A stretch of DNA of 64,000 bases from Neodothiora populina (lineage: Eukaryota), in assembly GCF_041146345.1 (NCBI RefSeq), contig NW_027191411.1:1736001-1800000 (forward strand), given 5' to 3'. Positions 1-11,722 of this stretch are shown piece after piece. Position numbers and translations under genes: made by a program. The notes below the pieces were generated by a model that ran no database searches, had not been told where the DNA came from, and saw nothing but the letters and a program-made list of their open reading frames with translations. Numbering within the stretch: position 1 is the stretch's first letter; the number at the start of each line of letters is the position of its first letter.

Positions 1-1543
1 GAATACCGGGGATACAGAGTACTTCGATTTCTGGCACTGGTCTCATCACAGCTGCGTCAAGTCCTGATCCACATAGCAATCTAAAGGCCGACATTTCTGC
101 GAGTGATGCTGTACTCACCGATCGTCGTACTGAAATAGCGAGGCTTCAGGAACAGATGGCGATACTGCAGAATCAACATGATACGAAAGAGCACGAGAAA
201 GAAGACAAGGTCAATCTGCAGAGTCAAGAGATTCGACAAGATAGCTCAGAGGATTCTATGCCGTCACTCGCGGAAGGACTACATGAGCCATCAACATCGC
301 ACAACACTGGGGGAAAGCTTGGTGAGAGCCTGAGCTATACCTCTGACCATGCAATGCTCGAGGATAATGCCGCATGTGCAGCCGATGAATCTGGTCAATC
401 AAATACCCCCGAGGACAATGATGAGGACGACAACGATGATGGCTCTAGCATGTCCGAGAGCTCAGGAGAGGATGTAGCCGTGCGACCTGAAGAGAGTTCG
501 CCCGACCAGCAGGATGCTCCATCAGTTTCGAGCAGTAGCGATATTGAGATGGCGACTTCAGAGACTTCATCGTCCGACGAAGATGATGACGAAGACGAAG
601 ACAACACAAGATCGCGTGCGGATCCAACAGCATATATGCAAGCAAATGCATCCAAAGAACCGCTCGAGCGGGACATCACGGACGCACTAGCTAGCGACGA
701 TGATCAAGGTGAAAGCGAGATGGACCTAGAGTCCAGCGACTCGGAAGACTCAGACGACGACTCTGCATATGAACCGGCACCAGCCGAGGTCTCTGCAGAG
801 CCGCAGGCAGGTTCTGCTCCACATGCAGTCGCTGATCATGCCAAAGAAAGTATTACTGACGATCTAGCACCAGAACTACAGCCTGACCTACAGCAGCAGA
901 CAGAGCTGAACACACCGGTAAGACCGCCATAAGATTCACGAATGAGAGCTGACATGCGACCAAACAGTCCAACAATGCCATCGTTGCACGCCCGCAGTAT
1001 AGCCCTTACCAGAGCCCTTTGAAGATGTTCAAGAAATACCGTTTCCATCCCGACTACACGAAGGTTGTGTCTGGCGGCTTTCACTCCTTGACCTATAGCC
1101 ACCGCATAAACCCTGACCTGCCTCTCTGTCGTTTTGAGTTTGCTGGCGGTATATGTCGCGATCAGTCTTGCGACGGGCAACACTGGCGCGACATGACCCT
1201 TTCCGGTGCGTCGTAGTAGGACGCAACGCCTCTTATGTCCCCCTTGCCACACCGCACACTCTGCGCAATCCCCCATCTTCGTCGTTCGCTGTGCCGGAAG
1301 AAAGCTTCGAAGCTAACGTAGGCTACTGACATTGTAGATGACCAACTTCTGATTCAGCTTGGCACTGGTCAAAACAACCCGGCCAAAACCAGAGAGGACA
1401 TTGGCCGCTTCAACGTCGGATTGAAGCTCATCATCCAACAAATTCGGCAGGAGGCGACGAGTAGCACAGAGACGATTGGTGCACGTATTGCAGAACATCG
1501 CCGACAATTTCTAGGCGACGACACCGTCATCGTCTCACAATGA
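1..1543 (+). CDS. Red1/ZFC3H1-like protein with C-terminal zf-C3H1 zinc finger (nuclear RNA surveillance, MTREC/PAXT-type); 5' end lies outside the window
   Basis: Frame is open from the window start through an acidic low-complexity region. Introns 918-967 (GTAAGA..GCTGAC..CAG) and 1206-1337 (GTGCGT..TACTGAC..TAG). Spliced product contains YSPYQSPLKMFKKYRFHP..SLTYSHRINPDLPLCRFEFAGGICRDQSCDGQHWRD (C-x8-C-x4-C-x3-H), then DDQLLIQLG; stop TGA 1541-1543. Confidence 0.8.
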
Positions 1544-2945
1544 GACAGGCGAGCATTCTAATGGTTGGCTCGTGAAAGGTGCGAAATGTACTCTGAGTAA
1601 ACCCCATCCCTTCCTTACCGTCAGCATTCTGTCCACAGCGCCCCTTGGGGTGTTCCAGTCCCGTTGTTTCGGCAGCACGCAGATGAAAATATCTGTCGTA
1701 TGCACTTGTGCAAAAAGCTACAAGTCAAAGTATGCTAAGACTGATGTCGAGGAGCTCGAGTCAACGATGTTGAATTAGCATTATTTGACCCCGGACTATA
1801 GCGTCCTGATACAAGTACCAGAACCGCAGAAAGAGCCTCAAAGGCCAGAAAATATTCGGTCTCTTGGAGACTGAAGACAAGAGAAAAGGGAATGACTTGG
1901 ACATTCCCCGGCTCGCTGCAACGGGGGTTGCAGAAAGCAATATACCACTTATTTATATAGGATAATCATTGAGAACCTTTGTTTCCTCACATCTCACACA
2001 ACCACCATATAGAGTGAAATATTAGTGTGTAAGCGCAGCAATAATGATGTACGAGATGCGGTCAATCAACCATCGCCAATACAAATGCAACGTCTCTGTT
2101 CGACAGCATGAGCGGCTATCTGCCTGAGCCACTACCGGTTATTTCACATATTCTACCACAACGTGGGAGTACCGTCGAGGCGTGCACACGCGTGGGCGTG
2201 CCTCCGGGGTACCGAATATTGCGGGTGAGAGAGTTTCAACATTACAGTATTAGACCTCGAGAGCCCGTACCGTTACTGCGTCACTCTGACCACCTGTAGG
2301 GTACATTACCTTGATGTACAGTACAAGCTGGTGGAATGAATGCAGTAGCAGTACATAAGAAAGGTGACTCATGCTTATCCCTACTATTGAATTGAATGGC
2401 CAATATACCGCCAGCGCGACAGTCTGGTCCAACGCCGTTGATACAGTAGTCCGGGGCGCCCCAATACCATGCTGGACTCTCCGGCAGACATATGGTATTG
2501 AAGCATCCCTTATACTTTTTGCCCTTGGCTACAGCAGCACAAGCGGAGGTGAATGGAGCGCAGAAGCACGAGTAAGGTGCACAAATGGGCGAAGCAGATT
2601 GGTCCTGTCGCGGAGCACACTAGTCCGAGGAGGAAAAGGGCCGGCTAAAAAGCAGAGTGGCGGAACGTTGCCATTGCAGTGTGTGCAGAGACGAGAGACG
2701 GCCGGGCATCCATGAAGCTCCGTCGTCGTCGTCTTCGTCTAGGGGCAGGGACCGTGCGCTCCGGAGCTTGGACCAGAACAAACTGACGTCGGCCCATGGA
2801 GGGGCACACCCTCTTCCAATTTCTCTCAACATTCTTTCATCATCTTCTATATCTTCCATATCCCACCTGTGTTCTTTTTCCACTTCCATCCAACCTGAAC
2901 ATAAAAAAAAAGTGTTAATTTTTCCATACACTCAAATCCACAAAC

Positions 2946-4122
2946 ATGACTAGCTCTCTCGACCAGCTCAAAGCCACCGGCACCGTATGTAGATGCACTA
3001 CCATGGCTACTCTGCCATACCACTGTTTCCGTGACACCCCGCTGACTGTTGTTGCTGTTCCTTAGGTTGTCGTCTGCGACTCCGGTGACTTCGCTACCAT
3101 TGCCAAGTACAAGCCTCAGGATGCCACCACCAACCCTTCCCTGATCCTTGCCGCTTCCAAGAAGCCCGACTACGCCAAGCTCATTGACGAGGCCGTCGCT
3201 TTCGGCAAGAAGAAGGGCGGTTCCATCGACGAGCAGGTCGAGGAGACTCTCGATGCTCTTCTTGTCCAGTTCGGCAAGGAGATTCTCAAGATCGTTCCCG
3301 GCAAGGTCTCGACCGAGGTCGACGCTGCCTACTCCTTCGACACCGACGCTTCCGTCGCCAAGGCCCTCAAGATTATTGACGTGAGTTGCATCTTTTCTCG
3401 AGTCCACAGAGAAGCTCCATGCTGACAGAAATCACAAACAGCTCTACAAGGCCGAGGGAATTGACAAGTCCCGCATTCTGATCAAGATCGCTTCCACATA
3501 CGAGGGCATCAAGGCCGCACACATTCTGCAATCCAAGCACAACATCAACTGCAACCTTACCCTTATGTTCTCTCTTCCCCAGGCCATTGCCGCCGCTGAG
3601 GCCGGTGCCTTCCTCATCTCTCCCTTCGTCGGTCGTATCCTTGACTGGTACAAGGCCAACCACAAGAAGGAGTACAAGAAGGAGGAGGACCCCGGTGTCA
3701 AGTCCGTCCAGGCCATCTTCAACTACTACAAGAAGTATGGCTACAAGACCATCGTCATGGGTGCCTCTTTCCGCAACATCGGCGAGATCACCGAGCTCGC
3801 CGGCTGCGACTACCTCACCATCTCCGTAAGTCTTGCTTGACTTGCCCAGCAAATTCACACGCAATGTGCTAATATGACACAGCCCAACCTTCTCGAGGAG
3901 CTCTATAACAGCACCGACGCCATCCCCCAGAAGCTCAATGCGAGCGACGCCACCAACCTCGACATCGAGAAGAAGGAGTACCTCCACAAGGAAGCCGCTT
4001 TCCGTTTCGACTTCAACGAGGACCCCATGGCCGTCAACAAGCTCAGCGAGGGCATCAGCAAGTTTGCTGCTGACGCCGTCACCCTCAAGGATATTCTCAA
4101 GGAGAAGCTCCAGAAGGCTTAA
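2946..4122 (+). CDS. TAL1: Transaldolase
   Basis: Exons 2946-2984, 3066-3380, 3442-3825, 3883-4122, all GT..AG. Motifs [28 protein letters not shown] (Schiff-base Lys), [23 protein letters not shown]. Strong C-ending codon bias. Confidence 0.98.
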
Positions 4123-5307
4123 ATGCCTTGTTTTGGCGTTTTGATGACATCTAATCTGTGCTCGGGAAGATACAGAGTGGATGATGTGCATAGCGATGAC
4201 TTGACACGATTTTGTTACTCTTGAGACCCCCCCCGTAGAATGAAAAAAATTAATTATCGCGTTTCTTCCCTAATTTTCATGTTCTGCAGATGACATGTTT
4301 ACCATACTACCTTACGTTGATGTGGCCAAAGTATCTTTACGTTTCACAACTGCAGCTGAAACGACAAGTGTTATTGTGTTGATAAAAAAGGGTTGTCAGA
4401 GGGCTCAACTTGGGTGTACCAAGGTGAGCAAGGGTCCACACTAGTCACCGCTCTCTAGCACTAGGTAAGAAGCCGGTAAACAAACAGCTTTGATTGATTC
4501 CCCAAGTGAGCATTGGGGAAGTTGTACATGATGCGATGCGCTAATTATTGCAAAGTCTGGCAGGACTAATTGAGCCACCTTACTTGCCCGACTCGAGGGT
4601 GACCGAGTTGGCATTTTCCACATATCGAGTAATACGACCCCACTATTAGGTCTTCTGTATACTGTATGGCGAGATCGCAAGTGCTTTTAGCAAAGCAGCG
4701 GAACGGACTCTCCGACCACATCTGTCGAATGAACGGGATTCTGCTCGCTCGCATTTCTTGCGAAGTTCACTGACTTTCCATCCCGCACAACTACATTGAG
4801 ATATAATGATATGGGACCATGTTAATTGAGATTAAAACGGAATAAAACCCTCTCTTGCAAGCTGTTCTTGAACGACAGCCGCGTGCAAGAGCTACCGTGT
4901 AAACTACCTTACTGTGCCTATCTTACTGTACCTCACTCGCCCCACTTCTGTGACTTTCCCCCTCCAAGAAGCGCCCACCCTGGGAAGCTGGCGAGCGAGT
5001 TGGCTGGCAGGAAGCTCCGACTGCGGTGCCGAATGGCAAGTGCCAGAGGTGGAGACGGAAGCTTTTGTCGTCATTGCTTTCAGGCCGACGCTCCCCCATC
5101 AGTGTAAGCACGAGCCTCGTCGGTGCGGGGCTTCTCTTGTCTTCCTCTTGCTCTAGCTGCTGGCTGCTCACTAATATCAGTCGAACTGCTAACTCGGTCT
5201 TGCTACTTTCGTCTTCTCTCTCCCATCTTTTCTCTCTCTTGTGAAGTTTGTCAAAAACAGAACAACATAAACAAAACAAAAAACCCATCATCACATCATC
5301 ATTCAAA

Positions 5308-6277
5308 ATGGTCAAAGCAGGTATGTCACGTTTAGCGGGGGTTGTTCTCTTTCCTACTCTGGTCTGGTCTTGCTTGCACTTGTTTTGTCACAGACGACTT
5401 TCATTGGCCTGGTGGGGTTGGGCTGCTGAGTCCCAGAGATGGAATGAGGGAGTCTTTGCAGGCTTGGATGCCATCAAGGTGTCTCTGATCATCAGTGCAT
5501 GAGCAGGCACCGCGTGGCACATGGAGATCAGCTGCCTCACCTTCCTTCGTGCCTTTATGTAGTCGATGTGCATTGTTTGCCCGGACCGATGGCGGACCTT
5601 CGGCTCGCATCATCCCCATCCATACCCATGCCAGATCACGTCGAGCGGTCGAGCATTGACTGTTGGCGTATGCAACAAGATTGCTAACATGCATTGACTG
5701 CAGTTGCCGTCCTCCGTGGAGACTCCAAGGTCTCCGGCACCGTTACCTTCGAGCAGGCCTCTGAGGGTGCCGAGACCACCATCAGCTGGAACATCACCGG
5801 CAACGACCCCAACGCTGAGCGTGGCATGCACGTCCACGCCTTCGGTGACAACACCAACGGCTGCACTTCCGCCGGTCCTCACTGTAAGAAAGCATCTCTC
5901 GAGTCTCGGCGACAGTAGCGTGGCTGACCTTGCAACAGTCAACCCTCACAGCAAGACCCACGGTGCTCCCACCGACAGCGAGCGCCACGTTGGTGACCTC
6001 GGCAACTTCAAGACTGACGGCCAGGGCAACGCCCAGGGCTCCGTCTCTGACAAGCTCGTCAAGCTCATTGGCCCCGAGAGCGTCCTCGGCCGCACCATTG
6101 TCGTCCACGGCGGCACTGATGACCTCGGCAAGGGTGACAACGAGGAGAGCAAGAAGACCGGCAATGCTGGTCCCCGCCCTGCCTGCGGTGAGTTCAACAT
6201 CTATAGCTTGTCGTGTCTCGCGTGGAATATGTTACTGATTTGTGATTCGCTCAGGTGTCATCGGTATCTCCGCTTAA
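5308..6277 (+). CDS. SOD1: Cu/Zn superoxide dismutase
   Basis: Exons 5308-5320, 5704-5883, 5939-6187, 6255-6277. Spliced [75 protein letters not shown]; metal-ligand His/Asp and both disulfide Cys are present. Confidence 0.98.
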
Positions 6278-7073
6278 GTGCTTCTCCTCCCTGACTACGA
6301 CCCGAAGCAGGAAAATAGATGAGCGAGTAATTGAAGAGATGACGGAATCTTACGAAAGCCGGAGCTCTTGACGATGCAACGGCTGTAGCATAATTTAGTT
6401 GACGAATACGAGCCAGTTGTGCACAAACTGTTTTGTAGCAGACGATGGGCCGTGAGTGTGTGAGAATGGAAGTAACAGGACTGTCTTGAATCGGTGACAT
6501 TTGTATTGTCGTAGGTCGGCCTGCTGTCAAGCTCTCTCGATCATTGTGAAGAGCAATATTGCCAAGGCCTGTGTTACAGTCAAGTATACCTCATGTTCTG
6601 CAGGCCGCAATGTCGTTTCATCACATGAACAAGTGCCCACGACGACGACCCGAAGTTTCTCCTGTCTGTGCCAGAGCTGGTTCGAATTGGGTACGGACAA
6701 ATGACATGTGTGCAGTTGCATGTTGCTGGAACTAGCTCGAAAGCGAAGCTATAAATGAGATATCGATACTTTTACAGGCAAGTAAGGTAGGTGACAGCTA
6801 TACATGTAGTTCCTTGTAGGTCGACTAGCCCCCACTCCATTAGTGAAAAAGAGTAAAGGTGTAACAGAGGCACATGTGCATGTGGACCATACGTCTAACT
6901 TATGCTATACCAGTACTGAATTGGCTGGCGGAAGTGAAGTCGTCTGCCGCTCCGCTCCCCGCAATTTGTTTCTATAGACCATCTGGCCTCGAAACAATTC
7001 TAGATGTACTGTACCGTATTCCTACTCCTTACACCCGCACTCAATTCAAAAGCCACATTGCGAAACCACAAGA

Positions 7074-7313
7074 GTCAGTATCCTTTCCTTTTTTCCCGCT
7101 GTTTAGTCTTCTACACCCTACCTGTTTCAACTTCGCAAAAGGTCTGCAGACCCCTGTTGCGAAGCATACAGCTGTCAAAGTACTGTATAAAGGCACGAGA
7201 CCAGCTGCAGCTGCTGTCCCCCTCCTCCTGCATGTGCTTTCACATTGTTCTTCTGCAGTCACAAAACCAATTCAGACAAAATAGAAGGTTCTTGCTGACC
7301 TGAAATAAAACAG
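7074..7313 (+). other. Probable 5'-UTR intron of SND1
   Basis: Donor-like GTCAGT at 7074 (or GTATCC at 7078) followed by a pyrimidine tract, branch GCTGAC 7294-7299 and acceptor CAG 7311-7313, about 95 nt before the ATG. Confidence 0.5.
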
Positions 7314-7407
7314 CGCAGGACATTCTGATAGCTTTGGCAAGCGTCATTCCACTCAATTCCCCCTCCCACCTATAGCAAATCTACGTCAGCTTAAAAGCAG
7401 ACTCAAC

Positions 7408-10062
7408 ATGGCTCTCATGGAAGCAAAAGTCAAGCAGGTCCTGTCCGGCGACACTCTGATCCTGCATAACATCAAAAACCCTGGCCAAGAACGCACGCTG
7501 AGCCTCGCCTTTGTGAGCGCACCGAGGCTACGAAGGGAGGGCGACGAGCCCTTTGCCTTTGAATCTCGTGACTTTCTACGCAAGCTCTGCGTGGGCAAAG
7601 TGATACGCTTCAGCACGCTCTACAACATTCCTACGCCTTCACCTCGCGACTACGGCACCGTCACCTTGCAAAATGGCCAACAGCTGCTCGATCTCATCGT
7701 CCGCGAGGGAATGGTCAAGCTCAGGGACGATGCAGGCAAGAAGGAAGAGAGTGCCCAAGGCACAGAGCTACTCGAGAGACTGCAAGCCCTCGAAGCACAC
7801 GCAAAAGCAGACGAAAAGGGTCTCTGGCAAAGAAGCATCCCGCGCATCGACAGCGTCTACGAGCTCTCGGATCCAAAGCAATTCGTCGAGTCGCACAAGG
7901 GCAAGCCCGTCGATGCCATCGTCGAGCGTGTGCTAAGCGGTGACCGTCTCATCTGCCGCCTGATGCTCACTCCTACTCAACACGCTCAAACAATCGTCCT
8001 CGTCGCTGGTATCCGCGCTCCTGCCACCAAGCGTATAAATCCCTCGGACAGCACTGAGCAACCTGCTGAGCCACACGGTGCCGAAGCTCATCAATTCGTC
8101 GAGAGCAGACTGCTGCAGCGTGGTGTCGCCATTCGCGTTCTTGGTGTCTCTCCAAACAACCTTCTCGTCGGCGAGGTCCGTCACCCTATGGGGAGCATTG
8201 CCGAATTTTTGCTCAAGGCTGGTCTCGCTCGCTGCACCGACCACCACTCGACGTGGCTCGGAGCGGAAATGGGCAAGCTGAGATCCGCAGAGAGGTATGC
8301 TCGCGAGAACAAGCTCGGTTTGTTCGAGGGCCACGTTTCCCAACGTCCTGGTAGCACCGGCGAGATCGAAGCCTCCGTGAGCCGTGTCTTCTCCGCCGAT
8401 ACGCTTTACCTCCGCAACAAGGCAGGTATGGAGAAGCGTGTCAACTTGAGCAGTGTCAGACAGCCAAAGCCCTCGGACCCCAAGCAAGCTCCGTTTGGCG
8501 CCGAGGCAAAGGAGTTCCTGCGCAAGAAGCTCATCGGCAAACACATCAAGGCTACCATTGATGGCAAACGCGCTGCCACTGAGGGCTACGACGAGCGTGA
8601 GATGGCCACAGTGACATTCAATGACAAGAATGTTGGTCTTTTGCTTGTCGAGAACGGATACGCGTCAGTCATTCGCCACCGAATGGACGACACTGATCGA
8701 TCTCCCATCTACGATGAACTTCTCGCAGCCGAAGAGCAAGCCCAGAGTCAAGGAAAGGGCATGTGGAATCCCAAGCCTCCTAAGAAGACTGACTACGTTG
8801 ACTACTCTGCCTCCGTCGACCAAGCCAAGAGACAACTCACTTTGCTATCGCGCCAGAGAAGAGTTCCCGCTGTTGTCGACTTTGTCAAGAGCGCATCTCG
8901 TTTCTCCGTCCTGATCCAAAGAGAAAACGCCAAGATTACTTTTGTCCTTTCTGGCATTCGCGCTCCAAAGTCTGCTCGCAGCCCTACCGACAAGGCTGAG
9001 CCTTTCGGTCAAGAAGCACACGAGTTCGCCAGCCGCAGATGTCTACAACGCGATGTTGAGATTGATGTCGAGGACATTGACAAGGTCGGCGGCTTCATTG
9101 GAACCATGTACATCAACCGCGAGAACTTCGCAAAGCAGCTTGTCGAGGAGGGTCTTGCATCTGTCCACGCATACAGCGCCGAGAAGTCCGGAAACGCAAA
9201 CGAGCTTTTCGCCGCTGAGCAAAGAGCAAAGGAGGGCAAGCGCGGCATGTGGCACGAGTGGGATCCCTCTCAAGAGGTTGACGAGACCGATGCTTATGTG
9301 CCTGAGTCAAACGGCACCAACGGCGACAGCACTCCCACCGAGCGCCGCAAGGACTACCGCGACATCATGATCACACACGTCGATCCCGAAACTGCACGAG
9401 TCAAGGTTCAACAAATCGGTACCGGCACCGCCGCACTGACTGATCTCATGGCTTCTTTCCGCTCCTTCCACATCTCTTCGGCAGCCAACCAACCGATCCC
9501 TCAGCCTCCCAAGGCTGGCGACTTTGTTTCTGCCAAGTTCACCGAGGACGACACTTGGTACCGTGCCCGTGTCCGCCGCAACGACAGGGAAAACAAGACT
9601 TCCGAGGTTGTCTATGTTGACTACGGCAACAGCGAGGTCGTTCCCTGGTCTCGCCTGCGTTCGCTCGACCAAGCCAAGTTCGGCGCACAGAAGCTTCGAC
9701 CCCAAGCGGTGGACGCCGTCTTTTCATTCTTGCAGTTCCCCCAGTCCCCCGAGTACCTCAAGGAAACCGTCGCCATGATCCAAGACGTCTGCTTCGACCG
9801 CTCTCTCGTCGCCAACGTCGACTACGTCGACCCCAAAGACGGCACTCTTTACGTCACTGTCTTCGACCCCAACCAGAGCGACAGCCTGGACCAGAGCATC
9901 AACGCCGACATCCTCGCCGAGGGTCTCGCCATGGTCCCTAAGAAACTCAAGAATTGGGAGCGCGCTGCCAACGACATCATGAGCAGTCTCAAGACCAGAG
10001 AGAACGAGGCCAAGGACGAGCGCCGTGGTATGTGGGAGTATGGTGATCTCACCGAGGATTAA
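7408..10062 (+). CDS. SND1: Tudor staphylococcal nuclease (Tudor-SN / p100)
   Basis: Single-exon 884-aa ORF with four SNase-like repeats (VKQVLSGDTL, VERVLSGDRL, VSRVFSADTL, VDFVKSASRF) and a Tudor domain (AKFTEDDTWYRARV..VYVDYGNSE); ends GMWEYGDLTED. Confidence 0.96.
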   Translation: MALMEAKVKQVLSGDTLILHNIKNPGQERTLSLAFVSAPRLRREGDEPFAFESRDFLRKLCVGKVIRFSTLYNIPTPSPRDYGTVTLQNGQQLLDLIVREGMVKLRDDAGKKEESAQGTELLERLQALEAHAKADEKGLWQRSIPRIDSVYELSDPKQFVESHKGKPVDAIVERVLSGDRLICRLMLTPTQHAQTIVLVAGIRAPATKRINPSDSTEQPAEPHGAEAHQFVESRLLQRGVAIRVLGVSPNNLLVGEVRHPMGSIAEFLLKAGLARCTDHHSTWLGAEMGKLRSAERYARENKLGLFEGHVSQRPGSTGEIEASVSRVFSADTLYLRNKAGMEKRVNLSSVRQPKPSDPKQAPFGAEAKEFLRKKLIGKHIKATIDGKRAATEGYDEREMATVTFNDKNVGLLLVENGYASVIRHRMDDTDRSPIYDELLAAEEQAQSQGKGMWNPKPPKKTDYVDYSASVDQAKRQLTLLSRQRRVPAVVDFVKSASRFSVLIQRENAKITFVLSGIRAPKSARSPTDKAEPFGQEAHEFASRRCLQRDVEIDVEDIDKVGGFIGTMYINRENFAKQLVEEGLASVHAYSAEKSGNANELFAAEQRAKEGKRGMWHEWDPSQEVDETDAYVPESNGTNGDSTPTERRKDYRDIMITHVDPETARVKVQQIGTGTAALTDLMASFRSFHISSAANQPIPQPPKAGDFVSAKFTEDDTWYRARVRRNDRENKTSEVVYVDYGNSEVVPWSRLRSLDQAKFGAQKLRPQAVDAVFSFLQFPQSPEYLKETVAMIQDVCFDRSLVANVDYVDPKDGTLYVTVFDPNQSDSLDQSINADILAEGLAMVPKKLKNWERAANDIMSSLKTRENEAKDERRGMWEYGDLTED

Positions 10063-10704
10063 GTCTGCTGCATGCATGCAGATGTGTACAAAAGCAAAAA
10101 GCCCCAAACCTTTCTTGTTTCCTCTTTTTGTTTTACCTGCTGTTTTGGAATAGGATTCTGCGTCCGTCCGTCCTTTCCTGCTTCCTTAGAAAGAGGGTTT
10201 TGTTCTCAAGAGAGGGATTTTTGCATAGCATAGCACGAGAAAAGAGATATAAAAAAGTCCTTTGGTTGATTTAGTAATTTCCTTTTTTTCGATTTTTCTC
10301 AAAAATGACATATATGTATATATATCACATCACACCACATTTCTTGTTCAATTTTTCTTCTCTTCTCTTCATCTTTTTCCTTTGCGCTTTCTCCAAGTTC
10401 TTGTCCTTGCAACAAAAGTCTGGATCGGTTGGATGGATGCATGAATCAAATGGTTATTATGTGAGGTCTATCAACAAGAAAACAACAAGTCTGAATTTGA
10501 TTGCATGGATGGATGATTGCATGCATGCCTGCATCAGCGAGATCCAACACCAAAAGCTAAAAGCACCGAAACGGATTGACGGATGGATAAACCTGATTGA
10601 TTCAAGAACCGAACACGAGATTTAACCTAACTATCTACATGCCATCTATACTGTACCAATAGCTACAGTAGCTAGCTAACTGTTCAATCAAGAAAAAGGG
10701 TTCT

Positions 10705-10766
10705 GAACAGAACAGAACTGAAACTGAAACTGAAACTGAAAATGAAAATGAAATTGAAAATGAAAC
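10705..10766. repeat. Degenerate tandem repeat GAACA / GAAACT / GAAAAT in the SND1-sulfate permease intergenic region
   Basis: gaacagaacagaactgaaactgaaactgaaactgaaaatgaaaatgaaattgaaaatgaaac read directly. Confidence 0.9.
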
Positions 10767-11722
10767 AAGTCCTAAGCATGCTACTGTAGCTGGGTCAGCC
10801 GTTGTAGGCGCAGGGGCGATGATGCAGGGCAAAAGCAGGAGATTGTAGTATGATGATGGATATCTAGGAATGATGGAGGAGTGGAGAAAAGCCCCACTAT
10901 ATAGATGCAGGACAGTGCCGGTGTTGTGCCGGTTGTCTCCCGCATCCAGGCAGGTGCTTTCCTGACACCGTGCCTTCCTCGCATGCAGAGTCTGTGGTTT
11001 CTAGATGGCTTTTCTCATGGTACCTTGGCTGGAAATGCAATGAAGGGATAGGATGCAAATTAATGCTTCTTCTTCTTTTTTTTTGGAATCAGTCAGGCAG
11101 GTCAGTCAAATCAATCAAATCAACACGACTAAGACCAAAGTGGCACGATGACTGTGAACTGTACATAGTACAGCACAATCTCACACACGATATACACGAA
11201 ACCCACCTCGTCTGGGGATCATATGATGAGAAAACACATACCTGCTCTCGCGTCCACGGCTTCTCTCTCCTTCCTTTCGCAAGCATCTTATCGGTTCAAT
11301 AGACTGGTCGATGGATCTAAACACTAGAATCAATGACAAGTGCGACAGAAGACGTAGTAGGCAGGTAAAGAGGCAATATTCATGCAAAGTAGAAAGTAGA
11401 TAAAGTGTTAGATATCCTTGTGTATATAGGTATGTATCTAATAGTGTCATATTTTCAAAGGAATAAACAAAAAATGGTATCTCAAAATGTCGTCAACCCC
11501 ACGCATGAACGAAAGATAAACTTTTTCTTTTTCTCCTTCCTGCTCTGTTTTTCAGACGAGGTATGGAGGGCACCGCCTCATAGAGAAATCTCGTCTTATG
11601 GTTCGTCCATCCACGCAGTACTCCAATCTGCGTACCTATGTACAAGAATTCGAATGGACAAGGTAATAATAAAATCATTTCTCATTTACGACAAAAGGCA
11701 AAACAGACTCGGACTGAACCTC

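Noticed and set aside
2847..4191. Long antisense ORFs (186 and 272 aa) opposite TAL1
   Set aside because: Shadow of strong codon bias in a highly expressed gene; the V/L/G/D-rich translation has no protein motifs.
5321..5393. Possible stwintron (nested intron) at the SOD1 intron 1 donor
   Set aside because: Excision at the internal CAG 5391-93 does not rebuild a GT donor, and there is no canonical branch motif before it.
5704..6294. 196-aa ORF-track entry over SOD1
   Set aside because: Chimera of an out-of-frame exon 2, intron 2, in-frame exon 3 and intron 3; explained by the spliced model.
4120..6330. Cryptic peroxisomal PTS1 via stop read-through or alternative splicing in TAL1 and SOD1
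   Set aside because: Both stops are TAA without the TGA-CTA context, and the extensions do not end in SKL-like tripeptides.
10100..11700. Short ORFs and GGAT/ATGC-rich tracts between SND1 and the sulfate permease
   Set aside because: Low-complexity convergent 3'-UTR/terminator sequence with no coding signature, terminal inverted repeats or target-site duplication.
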